DNA from: an uncultured Planctomycetaceae bacterium | Lineage (GTDB): Bacteria > Planctomycetota > Planctomycetia > Planctomycetales > Planctomycetaceae | Length of the DNA: 64,000 nt | NCBI GenBank assembly: GCA_963976765.1 | Contig: CAXBME010000002.1 | Span: 186,001 to 250,000, forward strand | Direction: 5' to 3' | Shown: piece after piece, positions 20,085 through 27,820 of the stretch | Position numbering within the stretch: the stretch's first letter is position 1 | Layout: every line of letters starts with the position of its first letter | Translations under genes and position numbers: made by a program | The notes under the pieces: generated by a model | The model's database searches: none | Seen by the model: the letters and a program-made list of their open reading frames with translations, nothing else | Told to the model about the DNA's origin: nothing

Positions 20085-21356
20085 CTCGGCTGATAGAACA
20101 AGTTGGAACCCTTCGGAATTCAAAGGAATTTCGAGGGGTTCTTTCTTTTGACGGTCGCCTGTTTCCGGCCATTCCGACGTATGGTGCGCCGGATTCTGCG
20201 CCGCTTTTTTCGGGGCCGATGGAACAGCCACGTCGAGTGATGCCGCCTGCTCGAAATGGTCGTTGGTCGTCATCAGGTAATGCTTCAGAGCCACGGTCGG
20301 AGTATTTCCACACCAGGCGGTCACGACGTGCAATGGCAGTCTGCTGGCCAGTTCGGTTTCCCGAGTCGCTCGCAGTGCCTGAAACATCTTCGGCCACGGT
20401 TCCACGCCAGCCCTTCTGACGATTTTCGTGAACATCCGCCGCCAGTTCACGGAATCCCCCTGTTCGGCGAAAAGGATCGGTGCGGAGAACGGACAATCGA
20501 GCCCCGGCTGGACAATGTCCCGTAGTTCGATCAGCAGACTCAGGACAGGCTCGAAAATTCTCATCGTGCGCGTCGGCTTGCCTCGGGTTTCCATCTTCGG
20601 CTGGTGAATCACCATCGTCTGCTTTTCGAAATCGAGGTCACACCATCGCAGCCGCAAAGGTTCTGACGGTGTCCGCAATGCCTGCCAGCGAGCCAGAGCG
20701 AAGATGAGCTTCCATTGGAGCGTCGGGCACGCTTCCAGAATTTTCAGAGACAGTTCTTCATTCAGGAAGAATTGCCGCGACGGGTCGCTGGGAGCCGCTC
20801 CGCAGTTCCGCATGTCCGCGAATGGGTTCTCGACCAGCAGCCTGCGACGAATCGCCGCTCGAAAGAATTGTTTTGCCCGTGAGCAATGCCGCCGTGCGGT
20901 GTTTTCTGCCAACCGTTCCAGCATCCACACCCGCCACTGGTCACACTCACCCGGCGTAATGCTGGCCAGAGTCCGGTCACGTCCGAAGTGCTTTATCAGA
21001 TTGTTCGCCGCCTGCTGATAATTGATCGTGGTGCGTTCGCGAACGTCGGTACGGCCTGCAATGTACGAATCGAGAAATTCGCCCAGCGTTGTTTGCCCTG
21101 TCTGCCGTGGCTCGATGAGACCGACGTTGACGAGCCTGCGAAGCATCGCGCTGTCAATTGTGCTCAGCCATCGGCTGGTTTCATCATCGCAGGCGTGACC
21201 GGAGAATCGTTCTCCAACCAGTTGCTCAACTCGCCTGGCCACGTATTCGGCCTGCCGCTTCGTGACCTTGCCAAGCCGCAACGCCCGGCGTTTGCCTGAG
21301 CCATCGAAAAACAGAACCCGCTTCGAGCCGCCTTTATCGTTGCTGACGCTGGCCAT
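20049..21356 (-). CDS. Tyrosine recombinase / phage-type integrase
   Basis: SAM-like middle domain (T...Y..A...L..HFG..R.L..IT), catalytic-type motifs ALRTPSE, QPK, FQALRATRETE, W.GNT..VALKHY. The stop codon lies inside the tRNA. Start chosen at MASVS. Confidence 0.92.
   Translation of the reverse strand: MASVSNDKGGSKRVLFFDGSGKRRALRLGKVTKRQAEYVARRVEQLVGERFSGHACDDETSRWLSTIDSAMLRRLVNVGLIEPRQTGQTTLGEFLDSYIAGRTDVRERTTINYQQAANNLIKHFGRDRTLASITPGECDQWRVWMLERLAENTARRHCSRAKQFFRAAIRRRLLVENPFADMRNCGAAPSDPSRQFFLNEELSLKILEACPTLQWKLIFALARWQALRTPSEPLRLRWCDLDFEKQTMVIHQPKMETRGKPTRTMRIFEPVLSLLIELRDIVQPGLDCPFSAPILFAEQGDSVNWRRMFTKIVRRAGVEPWPKMFQALRATRETELASRLPLHVVTAWCGNTPTVALKHYLMTTNDHFEQAASLDVAVPSAPKKAAQNPAHHTSEWPETGDRQKKEPLEIPLNSEGFQLVLSAEYPREDLNLHGS
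20063..20086 (+). repeat. attL (tRNA 3' end)
   Basis: GGTTCAAGTCCTCTCTTGGGTACT, repeated at 25997-26023 with a 3-nt insertion. Confidence 0.9.
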
Positions 21357-21498
21357 TGAGAGGTTTCCTTCCTGAGAACGCGGCCACGGGATGTCTGGGT
21401 TCTCAGGACCAAACAGAGCCCGCAGCCGCAAAGGTGTTGAATCAAGGTATCGAGTCCGGGCCGAAGGGACCAGGCGCGTTTTGCTATCGAGTCGCAGC

Positions 21499-21563
21499 GT
21501 ACGAATTAAGCGAATTAACTCCGGCGCGTGTCACCCACGTGAGTTAATTCGTTTGTTTCGTAC
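21499..21563. repeat. Inverted repeat, candidate replication origin of the element
   Basis: GTACGAATTAAGCGAATTAACTC vs reverse complement of GAGTTAATTCGTTTGTTTCGTAC: 20/23 match, 19-nt spacer, immediately downstream of the helicase gene. Confidence 0.65.
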
Positions 21564-21564
21564 T

Positions 21565-22926
21565 TCACGATGCAAAGTAGGTTACCGCTGGCCTGCCAGC
21601 AGACTTTCCTTTTGACGAGTCACGACGAATCAGCCCGGAGCGATCCAGAACGCCGAGTGCTTCTCGTATTTCGCTGGCACTTTTGTTGCGGTTAAACAAC
21701 CCGGAGAGTTCCGTTGATGAAAGCCCCCGAGGCGCGACTTCTCGAAGTGCCAGCAGTATTTCATCCGCCGTACGGTTTCCGAGGCTACCGCCGAACGCCC
21801 ATCTGGCTGACGCCTCGCTGTACGCCCAGACGGCCAACGCCGCTTCAATGTGTGGCTCATCGATTTCGTTCGATTCGTCGAGGATTGCGTAGAGCATTGA
21901 AAGGCGCAGGACCTGAGCTTCCGCCCGCGTCGTGACCTGCCCGAAGATCCCCGGTCGGGGGGCAGTCAGTTTGCCGTAAACATCATGCCAGAGATTTCTG
22001 GCCTTGTCTGTGCGTACCATTCGCCCTGGAGTCTGGCCGAACGCGACCGCCCGCAGGATTCCGGCCGTGAGGTTGCTCAGGTTCCGAAGATGCAGTTCGC
22101 CTCCATCTGGTAACAACTTCGACCGCTTCGCGGCGTACCACAGAATGCGGTTTGCGAATCCGTTCGACACGTCAACCTTACTGAGAGTTGCTCGCAGTTC
22201 CTCCCGAGTCACATGGCCAATCAGATTGATGTGCGGGTGAGTCGCCCGGGCAGGTTCTCGTTTTGCCAGCGATCGGAGACTCTTCCCGTCCCAGGCATCC
22301 CGGATAACCGCGGACAGGTCGTTTTCCTTCCGCTGGCAAACCTTCAGGACTCCACCGAACTCCGACTCGATCACCAGCAGTCGTTTGTCGTCAACCTCAT
22401 CGAAATCTTCACCGTCCTGGCGATCACGAACATGCCAGACAAGCCCGGCACCTGATGTCAGACCGCTGACGACGTTCTCGGCAGCGAACTCCCCGCCGAG
22501 ATCCACCGCCGCGAAGACATGGCTGACCGCGTCGAGGGCCGTGCCTTTTCGGCCGGATGATGTTCCGCCAACGGCCACGCTAAACAGCCGAGCGTGGTGA
22601 TTGGTCCCACTGACCGGGAAGTAACGTTCCCGGCCAATCATTGCAGCCGAATAGCCGAGGAGGTGAAACAGCAACGCCGCTGCATCGGCTTCCGTTTCTG
22701 GCAGAACCACGTCGATAAATTCACCAGCAAGTCCATGAAACGCCGCATCCTCCAGTGCATCCGGCCAATCGTCATCCGGGTCTTCGCGAAGATCCACAAT
22801 TGATAACTGAGACTTCTGCCCCATGTCGTTACGAGTTTGATCACCATGTGTCGCCGCTCGCTGGCTGGCTGATTTCCGCCGTGCGTCGTCGTCTGACAGT
22901 GCCGCAAGTCGTGAAATGTGGCTCAT
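21565..22926 (-). CDS. DUF3987/YfjI-like P-loop helicase with C-terminal winged HTH (replication protein)
   Basis: Walker A-like VGGTSSGRKGTA, SGLTSGAGL, Walker B-like LLVIESEF, IRDAWDG, NGFANR, C-terminal HTH. The start overlaps the upstream stop (ATGA). Confidence 0.75.
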   Translation of the reverse strand: MSHISRLAALSDDDARRKSASQRAATHGDQTRNDMGQKSQLSIVDLREDPDDDWPDALEDAAFHGLAGEFIDVVLPETEADAAALLFHLLGYSAAMIGRERYFPVSGTNHHARLFSVAVGGTSSGRKGTALDAVSHVFAAVDLGGEFAAENVVSGLTSGAGLVWHVRDRQDGEDFDEVDDKRLLVIESEFGGVLKVCQRKENDLSAVIRDAWDGKSLRSLAKREPARATHPHINLIGHVTREELRATLSKVDVSNGFANRILWYAAKRSKLLPDGGELHLRNLSNLTAGILRAVAFGQTPGRMVRTDKARNLWHDVYGKLTAPRPGIFGQVTTRAEAQVLRLSMLYAILDESNEIDEPHIEAALAVWAYSEASARWAFGGSLGNRTADEILLALREVAPRGLSSTELSGLFNRNKSASEIREALGVLDRSGLIRRDSSKGKSAGRPAVTYFAS

Positions 22927-23207
22927 ACCGCGTCCTCCATTCGAAGCACCAATCTGAGTGCTTTCGCGAAGTCGGGGTTTTCGATGGCGGTCAACACGAC
23001 ACGTTCGCGCCACATCTCACTGTGCGACTTCAGGCGACCGTAGAATGCGGGCAGCCCGAGGTGCCTCATCTCTTTCCGAGGGGGAAGGCATTGATGGCCT
23101 GGGTAGTTTTCCACCAGCCACCGGAATTGATCTTTATCATTCGGAAATACCGGTAAGTTCTTTCTGATTCGTTCTTCGGCATCCTGTTGCCATTGTGAAA
23201 ACGTCAT
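22923..23207 (-). CDS. Hypothetical protein of the element
   Basis: 94-aa ORF translationally coupled (ATGA overlap) to the helicase gene. Confidence 0.55.
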   Translation of the reverse strand: MTFSQWQQDAEERIRKNLPVFPNDKDQFRWLVENYPGHQCLPPRKEMRHLGLPAFYGRLKSHSEMWRERVVLTAIENPDFAKALRLVLRMEDAV

Positions 23208-23316
23208 CTAAGATCTGAATCCTTAAATGTGCCTGAAGTGACGTGGGGCGTCGCAGGCGAAGAAATGATTGATTGCCGGCCCGGCCTTGTGCCGGGTCGG
23301 CATCGATTTCCGAGCG

Positions 23317-23523
23317 TCAGGAGTCCTGTGCTTCGGAATCGAGCCAGCGTTGCAGCTCGCTGACCGGGATCAGTCGCCGTGTTCCGACCTGGACGCATTT
23401 CAGCCGGCCCTCGGTTATGAGCCTGCTGACGGTCTTGGAGCACAGCCCAACCGCCTGACTGGATTCTTCGAGACTCAGGGCAAGCCTCGGGATCGGTGAC
23501 ACTCGGATTGAGGCGTCAGGCAT
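23317..23523 (-). CDS. Excisionase-like HTH DNA-binding protein
   Basis: LALSLEE..Q.VGL..KTV.RLI.EG.L...QVG.RRLIP..EL.RWL (HTH_17-like). Confidence 0.85.
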   Translation of the reverse strand: MPDASIRVSPIPRLALSLEESSQAVGLCSKTVSRLITEGRLKCVQVGTRRLIPVSELQRWLDSEAQDS

Positions 23524-23752
23524 GTGACACCCCGCTTCCAGTTTTGGCGAGGGTCGGCTTTACCTGTTCCCACTTTGAGCGGACAGGACACCCGTTATCG
23601 CACCAACTGGCCAACTCATGAGAGTCCCATCGCTTTAATCGCCCAAAAATAACAGGGGCTGGGATTCGTTGGTTCGCGTCGTCGTCACGAACTTTGCGGA
23701 GTGAGTAGCCAAGAAATTCCGCAACCTGCTGAGCATTCCAGAACCGTTTCAT
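23516..23752 (-). CDS. AlpA-like transcriptional regulator
   Basis: WNAQQVAEFLG.S.RKV.......IPAPV.FG...RW...EL..W...GCP; overlaps the next gene start. Confidence 0.8.
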   Translation of the reverse strand: MKRFWNAQQVAEFLGYSLRKVRDDDANQRIPAPVIFGRLKRWDSHELASWCDNGCPVRSKWEQVKPTLAKTGSGVSHA

Positions 23753-24811
23753 TTCATTCCCTCGCATCGACTAGGTGACTTGTAAGCAAGTCTTCGCGAC
23801 TCACTTCATTCACCTGTGAGCCTATGCACTTCAATGACTCCTGCAAGGATTTCTTACACCGCCGTTTCACCACATTTCATCGCGTATCAGCACAAAAAAA
23901 TTGGCAATATGTTCAAAACAGATTGGACCAATCGGCTCAAGATGATTTACATGGTGGATGATGGTGGTTGCACGGGACTAAAAATTCACAAAAAACATTG
24001 AAGCGCGATCGTCAGACTTCGGGCAGCGCCACAATCAAACTACACCGCGTCTGACTCGCCCACGGATGCTCGCCTGCCACGATGGCCACGGATTTCCAAC
24101 GGCTTGCGGTTTGCGATTCCAGTGCCGCCGAAAACTCACTTCGAAAGTCGAGTCTTCAGACGGTGACCATCGCAACGCTGGTATTGCTCAAAGCGCTGCG
24201 GCGAGCGTTCCGGGAGTATCTCGTGTACTCCCGGAATTCTGCGTCTGCAATGTGGCGCGTGGATAACGAGTCAGGCAACGCTGAGGCCGATTCCTGAGTC
24301 TGTGGTCTGCATGAAGTATCCCTACTGCGAGCGACCGACAGCGTGGTGAAACGGAGTCGATGACTCGTAAATCCTAAGCACGACACGGGCGGAAAATTCC
24401 CGTGCGGTGACGGTGCCCCGAGGCTCTTTGACGGCGGCCTGGGGGGGCCGGTGGGGGCCACCTGGACGCGGTTTCCTGGCAGGGTCCTCCGGCATCGATA
24501 CGTCGGCCCGCGGTTATGTAATCGCAAAAAACGTGTCGACAGGGGTGAAAAAATGCGCCTCACTCCTCACTCCCGCCCGCCGCCACGGAGACGAAAGAGC
24601 GAGTTGAATAACGAATTCCCTGTGCGTCGAGTGGTTCAACGTGTTCTCACTCGAAACCGCGCGTCTCACCAGCCTCGGCACCGGTAACCGCAACTCCCGC
24701 AACGAGGTGAACTGCTGTACGATGGATTTCCACCGAGTTCAGGCCACACGGCAAATGCCGACGACGCACAAAGGCCACTCCGGAATTCAGAACGGAGGGA
24801 GCAAACGCACC

Positions 24812-25735
24812 ATGATTGAATTCACCTGCCCACACTGTGGTCGAAGCGGAAAAGCCCCGGTCGAGTCAGCAGGCAAGCTGGCCAAATGTAAGTGCGAGGG
24901 GCAGTTTCATTTGCCACCCATCCCGACAACGGACGCCTCCGCCGAAAACGCTACAGAACAGCCCATCGACGATTCTGTACCTCTTGAGCCCGCCGCGGAG
25001 CCTGTTGAACATACCACCCACCCCACTGACCCATGGATGATGCGATCGACCATTATTGCCAACTGGGTGATTGTGACGACTGGTGGTGCGCTCCTGGTAC
25101 TGCTCCTTGTGTTGGCGCAATCTCATTTCGCATTGAATGATCAGGACCGGAAGTCAGAAGTGGCCGGTAAAGCAATCGCCGATGTCCTGATCGAAGAGGT
25201 CATTGCTGATAATGACTCAGAACCAGAAAAGCCTCCTATCGTTCAATTTGAAACACTCGGTGTAAGTGAAGGCGTCTTAATTGATGCACTTAGAACGATG
25301 GCTTCCAGTCAAGTGTCTCCGCTTCATTTCTTTTACTTCGGACGAAACGCCGCTTCCGAAGATCTTGGATTACCCTACGTCATCTTTGCGGATTCAGGTT
25401 CCGGAATCATTGTGACATGGCAGGGAAAACCAACTGATCTGACTCAGATCAGAGTCGGGATTAGCGCCAAATTGTTGGACAACGAAGAAACAGATAGTGC
25501 TCGGAAATTTGACAGGACGTTACCTCTGGTTGTGAATGCAATTAATCCGTCAGCGAAATACGACGTGACGAACTGGCTGAATGAGAATTTTGCACGAGCG
25601 ATTCTTACACCGGGCGGATTATCGACTTCAATTCGCGGCGTTGAATACTCGGTTTACACAACCAGATCAGAAGATGACATGACCATGTGGATGAGGATGA
25701 GATCGGCCAGCGGTGATTTTCCAATTGATCCGTGA
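24812..25735 (+). CDS. Cargo membrane protein with N-terminal zinc ribbon
   Basis: MIEFTCPHCG...GK.AKCKC zinc ribbon, Pro-rich linker, one TM helix, soluble C-terminal domain; GGAGG upstream. Confidence 0.7.
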   Translation: MIEFTCPHCGRSGKAPVESAGKLAKCKCEGQFHLPPIPTTDASAENATEQPIDDSVPLEPAAEPVEHTTHPTDPWMMRSTIIANWVIVTTGGALLVLLLVLAQSHFALNDQDRKSEVAGKAIADVLIEEVIADNDSEPEKPPIVQFETLGVSEGVLIDALRTMASSQVSPLHFFYFGRNAASEDLGLPYVIFADSGSGIIVTWQGKPTDLTQIRVGISAKLLDNEETDSARKFDRTLPLVVNAINPSAKYDVTNWLNENFARAILTPGGLSTSIRGVEYSVYTTRSEDDMTMWMRMRSASGDFPIDP

Positions 25736-25781
25736 CTCTGATCGCAATCGGCTTGCAGTTGAGTTTCTGTAGCATGGCCCG

Positions 25782-26009
25782 CTACGGCTTTCCGGCCTGA
25801 CCAGTCTGCCGGCAAACCGCGGGATCGCTCTGAGCCAACCGCAGAATCTCACTGACGGTCGAGTCCGACAGCCCCGGCCAAACATCATTCAACAGCCGCA
25901 ACGCGGCCTCCCGTGCATGAGGTGCGCCGGATTCTGCGCCACCGGGTGACACCGGCAAGCCGCAACCTGTTGAGTCTTCAGGCGTTTCCGTCGATCGGTT
26001 CAAGTCAAC
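25782..26009 (-). other. Orphan in-frame C-terminal module of the integrase, joined on excision
   Basis: Open frame from the attR core (VDLNRSTETP...GGAESGA...LRLLNDVWPGLSDSTVSEILRLA...GKP*), in phase with integrase codons across the shared core. Confidence 0.65.
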
Positions 26010-26023
26010 CTCTCTTGGGTACT
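25997..26023 (+). repeat. attR (duplicate of tRNA 3' end)
   Basis: GGTTCAAGTC-AAC-CTCTCTTGGGTACT. Confidence 0.9.
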
Positions 26024-26030
26024 GAAAAAT

Positions 26031-26067
26031 AAAGGACTTACGTCGAATTCGGCGTAAGTCCTTTTTT
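26031..26067 (+). terminator. Rho-independent terminator, probably the displaced original tRNA-Leu terminator
   Basis: AAAGGACTTACGTCG-AATT-CGGCGTAAGTCCTTTTTT directly after attR. Confidence 0.8.
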
Positions 26068-26380
26068 CGTTGGCACGTCGTTCAGTGAGCGTATTGTGGG
26101 CGCTGTTGGATTCGAGCACGGTTTGCGTCGACAGTCGACGCTTACTTCTGACTCCTATGTTTGACTCGTTTCAAGCGATCGCAGGAGTCGAAAAATGGCG
26201 TGAGACAAAACGTGTTGCCGATACTTCGTACAACCACAATGTGATACTTGCAGTCCCACTTCACGTGGGACTGACTTTGCCAACCCTCGTCGCGTACCAC
26301 GGGCTGCCTGCAACCACCTCTTACCGGATTTTATTTTCTGGCGTTGAGGTGGTGCTGCCGGTCAATAATCATGGCCTGCC

Positions 26381-27808
26381 TCAGGCGAAGACTTCACTCA
26401 CGACCTCACCACCGAGGTTCGTCGCGATTTCGTCACGACCGTGGTGTGACCACGTCAATTCGTGCTGATCGATACCAATCGAATCAAGCAATGTCGCGTA
26501 GAAGTCGCTGATGCTGACGGGACGCTCGACCGCTGCGTAACCCAGCTCGTCGGTAGCTCCGACCGCCTGACCACCTTTGACGCCGCCACCAGCCAGCCAG
26601 ACGCTGTAGCCGAGTGGATTATGATTTCGTCCTTTGCCCAGCCCCTCCATGGTTGGAGTCCGACCGAATTCGCCGGCCCAGACGACGAGCGTGTCGTCAA
26701 GTAGACCTCGCCGTTTCAAGTCAGTCAGCAGACCAGCCACCGGGCGATCTGTGCGTTGAGCCATGCCGTTGTGGTTGCCGGTCAGATTTCCGTGAGCGTC
26801 CCAGCCTCCGACCCGGACCTGGACAAACCGCACGCCACGTTCAACCATGCGACGCGCCAGCAGGCAGGCCGTTCCGACGGGCTTCGACGGTGCGATGTCG
26901 GCACCATAGAGCTGCTGGGTTTCCGCCGTTTCGCTCGCAAGATCAAACAGCTCGGGCGCCGTTGACTGCATGCGATCAGCCGTGTCGTACGATTGGATTC
27001 TCGCTGTGAGTTCCGAATGCTTCGTCAGCTTTTTCAAATGCCGCTGGTTGAACCAGTCGATCAGTTCGAGTTGCTTGCTGCGAGCCGCTTTTGAAATGTG
27101 AGTCGGCATGTCGACATCGCGAATGCCTTTAGCCGGATCCACGACAACGCCCTGATAACGCGCGGGCAGAAATCCAGTGCTCCACCCGGGAGCCTGTGGG
27201 TACTGCATTCCGCTGGTGAGAAGATTCATCACGAGGAATGCGGGCAGACCGGCATTCGTTGTGCCGGCTCCAAAGTTAACCCACGAACCAAAACTTGGGC
27301 GGTCGCCCTGGGACGTGCCGGTCAGCGCGACGCATTCTCCTGGGCCGTGAACCGGAGTGAGATGGTGCATTGACCTGATGATGCACAGATCGTCCGCATG
27401 TTGAGCGGTTCGAGGGAACAGGTCCGAAACGGGCAGGCCGCTCTCACCGTAATTTCGAAACCGGTACGGCGAGGCCATCAGGTTAACCAGGCTGGCTTCT
27501 TTCAGACGCGGCAGGGTGGCAGCAAGACTTTCCGGAACATTCTGGCCAGCAAGTCGGGTCAGCTCAGGTTTTGGATCGAACGTGTCAACCTGGCTTGGCC
27601 CACCAGCCATAAAGAGCCAGATGATGCTTTTCGCTTTGCGTTTCTGATGGGGGACGACTGACAGTCCTGCCGCTGTTTGATCGCTCGCGTTGACACACTT
27701 CAGCTCCGCCAGAAGTGATGCCAGCGCAACCGAGCCCAGGCCAGTCACAGACTGATTCAACCAGTCGCGTCGTCCAATCGGTCGATCGAATTGTTCGTTC
27801 AGGGTCAT
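26381..27808 (-). CDS. DUF1501 family protein (Tat-type leader)
   Basis: RRDWL leader, AKSIIWLFM.GGPSQVDTFDPKP, LLARRMVERGVRFVQ, GWDAH, GEFGRTP, GRNH. Confidence 0.92.
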   Translation of the reverse strand: MTLNEQFDRPIGRRDWLNQSVTGLGSVALASLLAELKCVNASDQTAAGLSVVPHQKRKAKSIIWLFMAGGPSQVDTFDPKPELTRLAGQNVPESLAATLPRLKEASLVNLMASPYRFRNYGESGLPVSDLFPRTAQHADDLCIIRSMHHLTPVHGPGECVALTGTSQGDRPSFGSWVNFGAGTTNAGLPAFLVMNLLTSGMQYPQAPGWSTGFLPARYQGVVVDPAKGIRDVDMPTHISKAARSKQLELIDWFNQRHLKKLTKHSELTARIQSYDTADRMQSTAPELFDLASETAETQQLYGADIAPSKPVGTACLLARRMVERGVRFVQVRVGGWDAHGNLTGNHNGMAQRTDRPVAGLLTDLKRRGLLDDTLVVWAGEFGRTPTMEGLGKGRNHNPLGYSVWLAGGGVKGGQAVGATDELGYAAVERPVSISDFYATLLDSIGIDQHELTWSHHGRDEIATNLGGEVVSEVFA

Positions 27809-27820
27809 GAGCTCTGGTCG

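Larger units (their letters stand above)
20072..26023. mobile_element. tRNA-Leu-integrated element (~5.9 kb), phage-satellite/integrative-element-like
   Basis: Flanked by the 15-bp direct repeat CCTCTCTTGGGTACT (tRNA 3' end). Encodes a tyrosine integrase, a DUF3987-like helicase, HTH excisionase-like and AlpA-like regulators and one cargo gene; no structural or conjugation genes. Confidence 0.9.

Noticed and set aside
21541..21551. Shared GTTAATTCG between the element's inverted repeat and the flgK upstream octamer array
   Set aside because: A 9-nt match in 64 kb is weak evidence; no other link between the loci.
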